From a virus, in UHGV virus genome UHGV-1378837: a stretch of 43,365 nucleotides of DNA. One strand, given 5' to 3'. The notes beneath the pieces were generated by a model. It did no database searches. It was not told the DNA's origin and saw only the letters and a program-made list of their open reading frames with translations. The number at the start of each line of letters is the position of its first letter. The stretch's first letter is position 1. A program made the translations under genes and the position numbers. Positions 17,964 through 27,047 of the stretch are shown piece after piece.

Positions 17964-17974
17964 GATTAATCTCC

Positions 17975-18511
17975 TTATTCGGACAACGAAGCAGGACTTG
18001 CCCCATCAGCCGTAAAAGCCATTGTTGTAGGGTCTACAGCGCCAAGAGTCCTATCACCTACATAATGCACTGTATGAGCTGCGGAAACACCTTTCAGTCC
18101 TCCTGCAAAGTCTCCCAACTCAACAACCCCCTCTTGCACCCATGCACGCATCTTTCCCGTGCTGTCGGTTTTGTATCGCTTTACACAAAGATATTTCAGC
18201 CGCAAATCTGACAGAGTTGCCCTTTCTTCCATAAGCGTATCTATCTTTTGAGCATATTTACTTTCGCCTGATACATTAGTCGGGTCCACTGTCATGCTTT
18301 CCGCATATCCGGTGATATCATAGTTATTATTTCCAAGCACATCCTGGCTTTCTTCCGTCTCTGGATTCATCGAAATCGGCATATCCTCAACGCCTTTTCC
18401 AATAATTTCAAGTTTATCTTTTGTGATATTTGTGGTGCTTCCATCAGTTATCCAAAAGACCATAAAGTCTTTTCTTTTTGCCTCTCCATCGGCATAAGTC
18501 CACGTTGCCAC
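17975..18511 (-). CDS. Major tail protein
   Basis: Likely GTG start at 18509-18511 with a GAAAGGAG RBS (the track's upstream Met codons lie inside a terminator hairpin). About 178 aa, directly upstream of the chaperone genes. Confidence 0.5.
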   Translation of the reverse strand: MATWTYADGEAKRKDFMVFWITDGSTTNITKDKLEIIGKGVEDMPISMNPETEESQDVLGNNNYDITGYAESMTVDPTNVSGESKYAQKIDTLMEERATLSDLRLKYLCVKRYKTDSTGKMRAWVQEGVVELGDFAGGLKGVSAAHTVHYVGDRTLGAVDPTTMAFTADGASPASLSE

Positions 18512-18575
18512 TGCTTTTCTCCTTTCAAACAAAAATAGAGCCATCACACAAGGCTCTGCGTCTTAGCGTCTGGCT

Positions 18576-19091
18576 CTACCATCTTTCAAAATCATATTTA
18601 TATTCTATTGACACTGGAAGTATCCAGTCCTGCACACCACTTTCCTGCGGTTCCAGGCCATATGAGTTATCACGGGTAACTTTGGTTATCTTTCTTCCCT
18701 GGGATAATGTGGGATATTTTGATAATCGTTGCTCACTCCCATTAATCACAACCGGCTCCCGGCATAACCACTTTCCAAATGTATCAAGAAATTCCTGTAT
18801 ACTCATTTTCTGCCGCTCTTTTGTGGATGATGTACGGTATATAATATAGAAGGGATACTGGCAGGTCTGGCGCACTCCACCCAGTACATCCTCAGTCTCA
18901 GAAAAGATTAAGGCTCCATTATCTGCCGAAAATGCAATCCCACTATCCTCGCCCAATTCTTCAAACTTAACGGTTTCATTTTCATACAAACCGGGGAATT
19001 GATTAAGCAAGGCCTTTACAGCGATTGTCAGCACATCATATCCGCTTGCGTCTTTTCCTATTGGTTTTCGTTCATCATCCACGCTTTCCAC
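18576..19091 (-). CDS. Tail terminator / tail completion-like protein
   Basis: 171 aa; position between the head-tail joining genes and the major tail gene. Confidence 0.3.
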   Translation of the reverse strand: MESVDDERKPIGKDASGYDVLTIAVKALLNQFPGLYENETVKFEELGEDSGIAFSADNGALIFSETEDVLGGVRQTCQYPFYIIYRTSSTKERQKMSIQEFLDTFGKWLCREPVVINGSEQRLSKYPTLSQGRKITKVTRDNSYGLEPQESGVQDWILPVSIEYKYDFERW

Positions 19092-19587
19092 CTCCAGCCG
19101 TTTTCTTTACTTGCTTTATCCACTCTTTACCATCTGCTTTTTTGGCTGCGTCAAACCATTTAGCTTGTGCCTTAGGATGCGCTGTTTTGGTATATTGTAA
19201 ATCCTCTTTTGCTTTGGTTTTTCCGCTATACTGGCTAACCAGCACTTTCTTTTCACCTTTTTTTGCCCATGTACTGCCTGTCACTGGGCTAACCATAGTT
19301 TTGCCCAGATATAAAAACCAACTAGTAATTCCATAGGCAGCATACACTTTTCCAATTCCTTGTATTGTGGCGCTTGCGGCTCTGGTAACATCCACAAAAT
19401 CGCCTGTAACCATAGGCATAAAAGGAACCATACTATTCATGACATTTCCATCAAGCTCATACTGCGCACGCTGGAATTGTTTATCAAATCGGGATAATTT
19501 GAGCGTAATCTTTATCTCTCCATCAACAACGGAAAAGCCTTTAAAATGTGTTGTTTTGCTCGCCATATTATTTCCCCAATATCTCAA
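19075..19587 (-). CDS. Head-tail joining protein (HK97 gp10-like position)
   Basis: 170 aa, lysine-rich C-terminus. Gene order only. Confidence 0.3.
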   Translation of the reverse strand: MRYWGNNMASKTTHFKGFSVVDGEIKITLKLSRFDKQFQRAQYELDGNVMNSMVPFMPMVTGDFVDVTRAASATIQGIGKVYAAYGITSWFLYLGKTMVSPVTGSTWAKKGEKKVLVSQYSGKTKAKEDLQYTKTAHPKAQAKWFDAAKKADGKEWIKQVKKTAGGGKRG

Positions 19588-20035
19588 AGTGAGGAATCAC
19601 AGAGTATGGACCTCCAACAGAGGATACCAAATATACGAAGTCATACCGATTATTCATATAAGCATAAAAACCGTCACGATAATCTTCATCGTTTACCGGG
19701 CCGTTATCCCATACTCCTTCCCAGAAAAAGCAATTATCCGATGCATCAAAGGTAATGGTATCGTCCAGCAAATCATTTACCTGTCTCATCCACTCCTTCG
19801 GAGGAAGCCACGGCAATTCTTTACCGTCAGTATCACGGATTATTTGTTTACCATCCTGTAATTCATAAGCTATGTGTAATTCGGCATTATCCGTGCTGTC
19901 TGGCCCATACTTTTTTAGTATTGCGCCTTTGTCGGTATTAAGGTCAACGCCTGATAATACATGGGGATACCAAATACCAACGCCAGTTGTGGATGATTCG
20001 TAGTAATTAAAAACTGTCACCGTGGCATTGTACAT
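19568..20035 (-). CDS. Head closure / head-tail adaptor protein
   Basis: 155 aa; gene order after the connector gene. Confidence 0.3.
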   Translation of the reverse strand: MYNATVTVFNYYESSTTGVGIWYPHVLSGVDLNTDKGAILKKYGPDSTDNAELHIAYELQDGKQIIRDTDGKELPWLPPKEWMRQVNDLLDDTITFDASDNCFFWEGVWDNGPVNDEDYRDGFYAYMNNRYDFVYLVSSVGGPYSVIPHFEILGK

Positions 20036-20050
20036 AAGGTATCCCCTCCG

Positions 20051-20314
20051 TTATTTATTCATCTGCTTATACATCTGGTTAACGCCTGTAGCTGCCAGAC
20101 CAGACACAGCACCGACCGCCACAGCCGTGATATAGTCCGATGCCGGGAAATCTGGTATAGTTCCCATACCAAGCGCTCCCAGAACGCCACCCACAACAGC
20201 CATAATGACCGGTATCCATTCGTCCGGTATCTTTTTTGCCGCTTTGCATCCAAGACCAACCACATAGCTTAAAGCCACAATAGCCACACATGTTCCCAAT
20301 GTCGTTATATCCAT
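20051..20314 (-). CDS. Small membrane protein with 2-3 TM helices (holin-like topology)
   Basis: 87 aa, TM segments LGTCVAIVALSYVVGLG / WIPVIMAVVGGVLGALGMG / ITAVAVGAVSGLAATG. Sits in the head-tail gene block. The overlapping ORFs 20059..20265 and 20079..20351 are judged spurious. Confidence 0.4.
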   Translation of the reverse strand: MDITTLGTCVAIVALSYVVGLGCKAAKKIPDEWIPVIMAVVGGVLGALGMGTIPDFPASDYITAVAVGAVSGLAATGVNQMYKQMNK

Positions 20315-20316
20315 AT

Positions 20317-20814
20317 CTACCCCATTCCGGCGTACAGCAATGGAACGCCATTATTATCTCTTACTCCCATCAGATACACCTTTGCAGTATCATACAGGGG
20401 ATTATTTGTTTCCTGTTTATTCCCCGCCGCAGAATATATATCACTCCAGGCTTTAGCTCCGTTAGCTATTTCTGACGGGGATGCATAGCTGATTGATTCG
20501 GAACCGGATGACTTTGACGTGATAACGCCTGTGGTTGCGCCGCCGGTCCCGCTGGTTATACTTCCCGCGGCGGCAGATAGCACCTGTTTTTCTGCCAGTT
20601 CCAAACCATACAGTTTATCAGATACGGCACATACGGCTTTCTTGATTTTAGTTTGCGCTCGTTCATTGTCTGGGAGGCCGTCAACCAATCGTTCAAATGT
20701 TATAGTGTCAAGAAAGTCGCTTGCCCGTTCTGCCTGCTTATCAAATGATTGGGAATCCGGTATGTCGCTGCCATAGTATTTTGTTGTGTAAAACTCATAG
20801 TCTGCATATGCCAT
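20317..20814 (-). CDS. Head-tail connector (gp6-like) protein
   Basis: 165 aa directly downstream of the major capsid gene; MAYADYEFYTTKYYGSD start typical of phage head-tail connector proteins. Confidence 0.4.
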   Translation of the reverse strand: MAYADYEFYTTKYYGSDIPDSQSFDKQAERASDFLDTITFERLVDGLPDNERAQTKIKKAVCAVSDKLYGLELAEKQVLSAAAGSITSGTGGATTGVITSKSSGSESISYASPSEIANGAKAWSDIYSAAGNKQETNNPLYDTAKVYLMGVRDNNGVPLLYAGMG

Positions 20815-20831
20815 GCCGGATTCTCCTTTCT

Positions 20832-22004
20832 TTAAGAGCGAGACGTTACATCGTCATTTCCAGATTTCAACGCCTTATATGTATTGTCACACTCAACTAC
20901 TGTGATATGATTCCCGGTCGTTGCCTTGATATCAGTTTTACCGTCCCATGCTGTCCACGTCTTTACATTCTGACCATATTTCACTTCTGGAGCGGAATCA
21001 GCTGCCACTTTGTACTTGTACATGTGTCCTGTTTCGAGGGGAGGTTCAACGGTTAATTTTGTGTTTCCCGATGTACTTCCGGCCGAAGAAGTTACCGTCA
21101 GTGTTCCAAGAACGGGATTATCAGTAACATCAACAACCGCTATTCCGTCAATATATTCTGCAAACAAGGTCAAACCCATGATTGCAAATGCTTCGGAAAC
21201 AGCTGTATTGTAGTTCCCCTGAGTATGGAATCCGATAAGGTTTGTCTCCCCGGCTCCAGTGGTATATACCAGACCCGCCCGTGCAAAATCGCTCTCATTT
21301 GGGTCAACATAGTACATTACAATGTTTTCCACTGGTGTAGCTATTACCTTTCCTCTTGCAATTTCCGAATCGGACAGCAGGAAGATTGTATTGAATCCCA
21401 TGAAATCCTTAAGATACTGGAAACCAAACTGATTCTGCACGGTGATTTCAGCGGCACCTAGATACTGGTAAACATCCAGTATATTCACGAACCCAACCAC
21501 ACCTGTAACATTCCGGTGCATCTGTTTGAATTTGTTTTCTACCATTCCTTTTGCCATAGCAAGGGCCATCTGGAAGGTGGTTTCTGTTCCGGTAAGCGTG
21601 CCGGTATTCAGATATGTATAAAATCGTTCTGTTACATCCGATTGAAGCTGGAACAAAAATTCATCGTCTGTCATCTGAACGGCATTTTCATAGCCGTGGT
21701 CTTTAATTGCTTCAATGGAAACGGCCTTTGCATACTTCTCAATGGTCATTTCCGCATACGTCTTTTCCTTTACTGTGAATTTGCTGTAAGGGATTTCCTC
21801 TCCTTCGCCTACAGCACCGCTCTGTAAAGTTCCTTCTGCGTATTTGCTTTTCAACACCGCGCCCGGTGTTTTCTTAATAGGACGCATAATCCCCAGGATA
21901 TCCCGGAGGTGCTGCCAGTTCCGTTCAAACCGGGTCACAAAATCAATTTCTCGCGCTGTTACCTGTATGTCCGCGCTTGTGATTAAATTGGCTTTTGCTG
22001 CCAT
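20832..22004 (-). CDS. Major capsid protein
   Basis: 390 aa, follows the scaffold gene with overlapping stop/start (ATGA-type at 22004). Confidence 0.65.
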   Translation of the reverse strand: MAAKANLITSADIQVTAREIDFVTRFERNWQHLRDILGIMRPIKKTPGAVLKSKYAEGTLQSGAVGEGEEIPYSKFTVKEKTYAEMTIEKYAKAVSIEAIKDHGYENAVQMTDDEFLFQLQSDVTERFYTYLNTGTLTGTETTFQMALAMAKGMVENKFKQMHRNVTGVVGFVNILDVYQYLGAAEITVQNQFGFQYLKDFMGFNTIFLLSDSEIARGKVIATPVENIVMYYVDPNESDFARAGLVYTTGAGETNLIGFHTQGNYNTAVSEAFAIMGLTLFAEYIDGIAVVDVTDNPVLGTLTVTSSAGSTSGNTKLTVEPPLETGHMYKYKVAADSAPEVKYGQNVKTWTAWDGKTDIKATTGNHITVVECDNTYKALKSGNDDVTSRS

Positions 22005-22615
22005 TACTGTTCTCCTTTACCAAATAAATGTAGGTTACTGGCGATTGCAGACTGTCGCTCAGACGGGTCTTTAATCGCTTCAATATCCTTTCGTGTCATA
22101 GTTCCTGGCGTATTCTGCTTACCTACTGGTGTGGTAAACCTCGCCATGTTCTGCTGTGCATCATCAATAAATGCCGAAGCATCATTTTCTTTCATTTGGG
22201 CCAAAAGGTCATTTAAACCAAGAATTTTACCATCCTTAAATTTAAGACCGGCTTCTTTAATGTCTGCCACCGCAGCTCTCTTTGCTGCCTCACTTGAAAA
22301 CTTTACACTTTCAAGCTCAGTTTTCAATGCATCCGAAAAATCACGCTCGTAAAGCTGCTCCTGGGCTTTTTTTTCGGCTTCTGTAGCCTTCTGTTTCCAG
22401 TCAGATATTTCCCTCTGCATCGTCTCCAGGTCAACCCCTTCAAAGCCTTTCAACGTTGTTTCTGCTGCTTCTGCTTTTTCTTTCCAGGTATCCCGGTCCG
22501 CGCTCAGATTGTCGTTTTCTTTCTGCAACTTTTTGAGGTCTTTCCCATTTTCAGCCATGACAAATGATATCTGTTCCTCTGTCAATCCCTGTGCTTTTAA
22601 TTCTTCGGTTTTCAT
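22004..22615 (-). CDS. Scaffolding protein
   Basis: 203 aa, highly charged E/K-rich coiled-coil composition, immediately upstream of the capsid gene. Confidence 0.55.
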   Translation of the reverse strand: MKTEELKAQGLTEEQISFVMAENGKDLKKLQKENDNLSADRDTWKEKAEAAETTLKGFEGVDLETMQREISDWKQKATEAEKKAQEQLYERDFSDALKTELESVKFSSEAAKRAAVADIKEAGLKFKDGKILGLNDLLAQMKENDASAFIDDAQQNMARFTTPVGKQNTPGTMTRKDIEAIKDPSERQSAIASNLHLFGKGEQ

Positions 22616-22818
22616 TGATGCTTCTCCTTTTCCGTTATTAGGTTATTTGTAGGTGTGTAACCGTCCACCAACGGTTGCCATTTTGTAGGACTTGACTTGT
22701 CCAAAAACGCACATGCCGGAAATTGCATCCGCTTTTCAACCTCCAGGCTGTTCACGCTATGCGCTAGAACCTGTTTCTTTTAAGGACATGTGCTATAGGA
22801 GGGAGGTCAATATAAAGA

Positions 22819-22872
22819 AAGAGCCAAACAAACTCTTGCATCTGTTTGGCTCTGCGTCTGGCGTCTGGCTCT
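22819..22872 (-). terminator. Intrinsic terminator (10-bp stem GAGCCAAACA/TGTTTGGCTC + U-tract) overlapping conserved 28-nt element copy A
   Basis: Hairpin at plus 22821-22852. The minus strand follows with TTTCTTTATATT. Element GGCTCTGCGTCTGGCGTCTGGCTCT (22848-22872) recurs at 18550-18580. Confidence 0.5.
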
Positions 22873-22876
22873 AAAG

Positions 22877-23062
22877 TTATGTTGCAGGTGATAAACCACT
22901 TTTATCTAAATCACTTGCTTTTCCTTTTGCAATATTCATTATGGATGTATTCTTGCATACAGGGCAAAATACGGGAAGGTTTTTCGCAACCGTATCTGGT
23001 CGTATTTTAGTCCGAGTTTTATTGTTACATATAGGGCAGTACACCCAACTGTCTTTTACCAT
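22877..23062 (-). CDS. Cysteine-rich KTR-type small protein
   Basis: 61 aa, CPICNNKTRTK...CPVCKN pattern characteristic of Cys_rich_KTR proteins of Clostridia. Two late-promoter motifs lie upstream. Confidence 0.45.
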   Translation of the reverse strand: MVKDSWVYCPICNNKTRTKIRPDTVAKNLPVFCPVCKNTSIMNIAKGKASDLDKSGLSPAT

Positions 23063-23118
23063 GTTTTCACCCTTTCTGCTTATTCCTACTCCTATTTTAC
23101 CGTATTAGAAAAAAATAA

Positions 23119-23198
23119 TCGTCCCCACATTTTGTAAGGTTAGATATCCCCTCTCATTATACCAGATTATTTTACTCTTCGTATCCCCACATTTTAAC
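23119..23198 (-). promoter_or_regulatory. Two tandem late-promoter-like motifs AAAATGTGGGGA(C/T)(G/A)-N18-20-TA(T/A)AAT
   Basis: Minus-strand reading: AAAATGTGGGGATACG...18 nt...TATAAT and AAAATGTGGGGACGATT...20 nt...TAAAAT, upstream of the KTR/scaffold/capsid operon. A third copy lies upstream of TerS (33783-33797). Confidence 0.45.
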
Positions 23199-23262
23199 TA
23201 TGTACTAATTGATTGTTTCTCGTTCTTATGATATAATATTGAATATAGAAAGGGGTTACTTA

Positions 23263-24240
23263 ATGACAAAAAGAATTGATTTAACAGGTCAAAAGTTTGG
23301 AATGTGGACGGTGTTGGAATATCTGGGAAATTTGTATTATCTATGCCGTTGCGATTGCGGAACGACACGAAAAATCTATACCGGAAATTTGCGTAACGGA
23401 AAAACAAAATCTTGCGGATGTGCCAATAAAGATGATTTTATAGGTAAGAAAATCGGAAAATTAACTGTACTGCGAAAGCTTCAGAAAACAAAATCATATA
23501 CGCAATATGAATGCCAATGCGATTGCGGGAAAATATTTGTTACCAGTGATAATACTTTAAAATCCAAATACAACAAGTCATGCCCCGATTGCCGAAAATC
23601 AAGAGTAGAGGACATTTCAGGAAAGCGATTTGGAAGATTGGTCGCTATTCGATATGCCGGAAAAAGCAAGGGAAATCAAACTTTATGGGAATGTAAATGT
23701 GATTGTGGGAATATAAGTATTGTTCATCAACAAGATTTGACAACCGGGCATACTAAATCGTGTGGATGTTATAGCAGAGAGTCCATAATACAAAGAAATA
23801 AAACTCATGGAGATACCAAAACCAGGATTTATAGAATATGGAGCGATATGTTGTTTCGCTGTAGCAGTGTAAAACATGATTCGTACTATTTATATGGTGG
23901 AAAAGGGATTTCTGTATGTGACGAATGGAAAGATTACAATAACTTCAAAAAATGGGCTTTAGAAAACGGGTATTCAGATAACTTATCCATTGATAGGATA
24001 GATAGTTCAAAAAATTATGAACCTTCAAATTGTAGATGGGCTACAATTATTGAGCAGAACAATAATACAAACAGAAATTTGATGTTTGAAATAGACGGAA
24101 CAACGAAATCTCTTGCGGAATGGTGTAGAGAATACAATGCTTCTTATGCAAGAGTACATAGTCGCATATATAGCGGGTGGAACATTATAGATGCTTTGAC
24201 ACGTCCTGTACAAATTCATCATAAAAAGGCAGGAAATTAA
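23263..24240 (+). CDS. Free-standing HNH homing endonuclease (HNH_3/AP2-type) with four N-terminal CxC-DCG...SCGC zinc-ribbon repeats
   Basis: Start MTKRIDLTGQKFG at 23263. Three to four repeats of G.(K/R)(F/I)G.L.V....Y.C.CDCG....SCGC. C-terminal YRIWSDMLFRC...YGGKGISVCDEWKD...LSIDRIDSSKNYEPSNCRWATIIEQNNN is the classic phage HNH endonuclease signature. Opposite strand to all flanking genes. Confidence 0.7.
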   Translation: MTKRIDLTGQKFGMWTVLEYLGNLYYLCRCDCGTTRKIYTGNLRNGKTKSCGCANKDDFIGKKIGKLTVLRKLQKTKSYTQYECQCDCGKIFVTSDNTLKSKYNKSCPDCRKSRVEDISGKRFGRLVAIRYAGKSKGNQTLWECKCDCGNISIVHQQDLTTGHTKSCGCYSRESIIQRNKTHGDTKTRIYRIWSDMLFRCSSVKHDSYYLYGGKGISVCDEWKDYNNFKKWALENGYSDNLSIDRIDSSKNYEPSNCRWATIIEQNNNTNRNLMFEIDGTTKSLAEWCREYNASYARVHSRIYSGWNIIDALTRPVQIHHKKAGN

Positions 24241-24250
24241 TCCTGCCTTT
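24227..24250. terminator. Bidirectional intrinsic terminator
   Basis: AAAAAGGCAGGA-AATTAA-TCCTGCCTTTTGT: perfect 7-bp GC stem flanked by an A-tract and a T-tract. Sits between convergent genes (HNH on plus, 24255..24794 on minus). Confidence 0.55.
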
Positions 24251-24254
24251 TGTA

Positions 24255-24794
24255 TTACATCATGTTGCGCAGTTTGTCTATATAGCGCTTCATGACCTCC
24301 CTTTCCTCTCTGCATTCGGCATCGGCACTCATTTCCCCGATTTCATTTGCTAAAGCGTCCATATGCTCTTCCAAGGCTGCAAGCATACGCCGCTTACAAT
24401 CTTCATCTTTTCCGCCGTTTCTGTAGCTCTGCTTCTGGTTCATGTAGTCATCATAGGCCGGTCCAGTGGCGCGACTGTAATGACCTCTGACGTAATGCTT
24501 TCCACGTGTGCCGCGATATGAGCTGTCATTATCATAGTCCTGCGACATTCCGTCAGCACGGCTATAACGTCCCATGCTGTCGCGCTTGCGGCGCGCTTCG
24601 CTGTATTCTCCGCCGTCCATTTCATCCATTACCTGATTGTAGTACTCTTCTTTGCACTTCCAGTACTCCACATTCTCCATGTCTTTCCACATGTCAATCA
24701 GTTTGTATGCGTTTTCAAGGTTGCTGGTGTTCAGGCCCTTCTCCGCAATATTGTCCAGCTCTTCGTGGATTTTTTGCATTAATTTATAACTCAT
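24255..24794 (-). CDS. Hypothetical protein (accessory cluster)
   Basis: 179 aa; charged, Tyr/Arg/Asp-rich central region (YRGTRGKHYVRGHYSRATGPAYDDY). No family recognised. Confidence 0.3.
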   Translation of the reverse strand: MSYKLMQKIHEELDNIAEKGLNTSNLENAYKLIDMWKDMENVEYWKCKEEYYNQVMDEMDGGEYSEARRKRDSMGRYSRADGMSQDYDNDSSYRGTRGKHYVRGHYSRATGPAYDDYMNQKQSYRNGGKDEDCKRRMLAALEEHMDALANEIGEMSADAECREEREVMKRYIDKLRNMM

Positions 24795-24806
24795 AGCCTT
24801 ACCTCC

Positions 24807-25205
24807 TTAACCTATTCTGCTAACTACAAGGTTAGCGTCTGATACTGTCGCCGCTGCGGTTCCAACGTTTTTCACCGACAGTGTAGCGCAACATGGTTTG
24901 CATACTCGTACTTCTACAGTTGCGGAACCATTGATTGTTGCGCCAGCGGCAACTGTGTTCTGGATTCTTGCACCGGGAATGCCTTCGCCGTCCTGCTGTA
25001 TTTCAAAAATTACATCTCCTGCCGCAGCTGCGGAAAAGTTTCCGTTAAATCCTACACGGTACAGGCCAGGAAGTAAAACTACTCTCCCAGAAAGCGGCTC
25101 ATGTCTTATATTTGGACAATTGCAAGAATATATCCGATTTGCTGCAAACAAAACACTTGCATTGACTTCAACGGTCTGTGTGCCAGCAGTTACAAAATCT
25201 GCCAT
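24807..25205 (-). CDS. Hypothetical beta-rich protein, possibly TNF/C1q-like (BclA C-terminal-domain-like) fold
   Basis: 132 aa, alternating hydrophobic beta pattern with G.Y.V and NG motifs reminiscent of exosporium/collagen-like protein C-terminal domains. Tentative. Confidence 0.25.
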   Translation of the reverse strand: MADFVTAGTQTVEVNASVLFAANRIYSCNCPNIRHEPLSGRVVLLPGLYRVGFNGNFSAAAAGDVIFEIQQDGEGIPGARIQNTVAAGATINGSATVEVRVCKPCCATLSVKNVGTAAATVSDANLVVSRIG

Positions 25206-25270
25206 AATAATTCCTCCTTATATGCACAGAAGGGCAAGCCTGTGCCTACCCCTCCATGTGTGTAATACTA

Positions 25271-25507
25271 CTATTCAGTAGACATGTCCTTTTCGGACAA
25301 GATACGCAATATGCGGTTGTTTTGGTAGATAACCTTTTCCATGTATTCTTTATTTTGCTGTTGAAGCGCCTCCATAATATCATTATTAGAAGCTTCTCCC
25401 AAAAGCAAAAACACATCAATCATTTGTAATGCTGCTGCATATAAAGCAAGATTATCGTAAAACTGTTCGTTTCGAGTTAGCATCCGCATCCAGCATTGCA
25501 CCCACAA
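25271..25507 (-). CDS. Small alpha-helical hypothetical protein
   Basis: 78 aa; overlaps the upstream gene by about 30 nt. Confidence 0.25.
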   Translation of the reverse strand: MWVQCWMRMLTRNEQFYDNLALYAAALQMIDVFLLLGEASNNDIMEALQQQNKEYMEKVIYQNNRILRILSEKDMSTE

Positions 25508-26178
25508 TTAGATGCATATGGATATGGCGCCGGTACTGTATAAGCCGGTACAGGCTGCGGCTGACGAAGCTGGGCAACGATTGAGTTACCAACCGCATCA
25601 ATAAAACCATTCTGGGAAGTCTGACTTGCCTGGAACCTAAGTGTCTGATTCTCTGCCTGTAAAGTGGAAATCTTATCTTGGGTTAAGAAGTCAAGAATAG
25701 CTCTTGTGTTGCTATTGTTATTGTCCAGAATATCTCTGGTTGCAGTCTGAATGGTATTTCTGGTATCACATGACTGTGTAGCCAGATTGTAGTTTACGCC
25801 GTCAATTGCGCGCTGTGTCTGGCAGCAGCAATCCTGGAGCTGATAGCCCATCTGGCATAAGCTCCGGTCAACACCATTGAATCCGCTAGTAATAGTGTTG
25901 TTCAGTGCGTATGTGCTGTCACAGATACCCTGCTGGATACCTCTAATTCCGTTTTCTATACCATTCAAAGCAAAGCCCTCATTGATATCTGCTCTGGTTG
26001 CAAGACCCTGGAGTCCTGCGCCATTTACACCGTTTCCGCCAAAGCCATTGCCCCAGCCTCCACCAGCAAATAGAAAGAGAACGATAATCCAAATCCAGTC
26101 GCCCCACATACCGTCACCATTTCTGTTATTGTTTCCTGTAGCGGCTGCAATGTCCGCTAAAGAGTAACCACTTTCCAT
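25477..26178 (-). CDS. Gly-rich, Cys-cluster membrane-anchored protein
   Basis: 233 aa; TM helix WIWIIVLFLFAGGGW, then a Gly/Asn-rich region, CCC and C-terminal NCGCNAGCGC cysteine clusters. Atypical for a phage structural module. Confidence 0.3.
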   Translation of the reverse strand: MESGYSLADIAAATGNNNRNGDGMWGDWIWIIVLFLFAGGGWGNGFGGNGVNGAGLQGLATRADINEGFALNGIENGIRGIQQGICDSTYALNNTITSGFNGVDRSLCQMGYQLQDCCCQTQRAIDGVNYNLATQSCDTRNTIQTATRDILDNNNSNTRAILDFLTQDKISTLQAENQTLRFQASQTSQNGFIDAVGNSIVAQLRQPQPVPAYTVPAPYPYASNCGCNAGCGC

Positions 26179-26232
26179 AAATATTTACTCCTTTAAAATT
26201 TATTTACAAAATCATGCGCATTGATTTGTGTA

Positions 26233-26481
26233 CTATTTTTTCATGCCCCCAAGCATCTGCTGAAACTGCTGGGCCATCTGTTGTGCCTGGTCTAACTGCT
26301 GCTGAGTTATCTGCCCAGACTGTAGCATCTTCTGCACTTCTTCCTGGGGATTCCCTTTGAAGTTGTTCTTAAATTCCATAAACTTCTGAATCATCTGCAT
26401 TGGGTTGTTTCCCCCGCCCATTCCAGGCATCATGCCGCCCATTGGTGAGCCGCCGCCCAACATGCTAAATAATGGATTCAT
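26233..26481 (-). CDS. Low-complexity Gly/Met/Gln-rich small protein
   Basis: 82 aa, MGGMMPGMGGGNNPMQM... and Q-rich C-terminus. Confidence 0.25.
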   Translation of the reverse strand: MNPLFSMLGGGSPMGGMMPGMGGGNNPMQMIQKFMEFKNNFKGNPQEEVQKMLQSGQITQQQLDQAQQMAQQFQQMLGGMKK

Positions 26482-26484
26482 ATA

Positions 26485-26955
26485 TTATTTCCCCTTTCCG
26501 CTTGGCGCTGTGCTGGATTCTAAAAGGCCATATAATTCATCATATTTTGCCTTTAAATCCTGATACTCGTTTCTGGTAACATACTTTTCATCCAGATTTT
26601 CAGTCGGTGCAATTTCCTTCTTCTGACCATTTACAATCTCTTTATATTCAAAAGTGCGGAGTGTTGGCATCCCTGCTGCATCGGTTGTCTTAATATAAAA
26701 ATACTCATTTTCGCTGTCCATCAGCAATATGGATGTGCTGGGCGCTACTAAATACGACTTTGCCCCGGCCTCACCCTGCACCCATAATATTCCCTGGTTG
26801 GTCTGCGGGACCTGTGGAACCTGCGTCTGTTGCGGCATCTGGTATGGTGCCTGTAGCTGCTGCAATCGGTCCATAGGTGGTTGCATCTGTGGTTGATATG
26901 GGTATGCGTTTGGATATGTATTCAGATAGTTTGGATTGATAAATGGTTGCGGCAT
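26485..26955 (-). CDS. Pro/Gln-rich N-terminus protein with globular C-domain
   Basis: 156 aa, PYQPQMQPPM... then GILWVQGEAGAKSYLVAPSTSILLMDSENEYFYIKTTDAAGMP. Confidence 0.3.
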   Translation of the reverse strand: MPQPFINPNYLNTYPNAYPYQPQMQPPMDRLQQLQAPYQMPQQTQVPQVPQTNQGILWVQGEAGAKSYLVAPSTSILLMDSENEYFYIKTTDAAGMPTLRTFEYKEIVNGQKKEIAPTENLDEKYVTRNEYQDLKAKYDELYGLLESSTAPSGKGK

Positions 26956-27047
26956 TAAATCCCCTCCGTTCTTTTATAATCCAATTATCCCATAAAAAAT
27001 AAGCCTCTGACAGTTCGTCAAAGACTTATAAAAGTATCATGCAAGTA

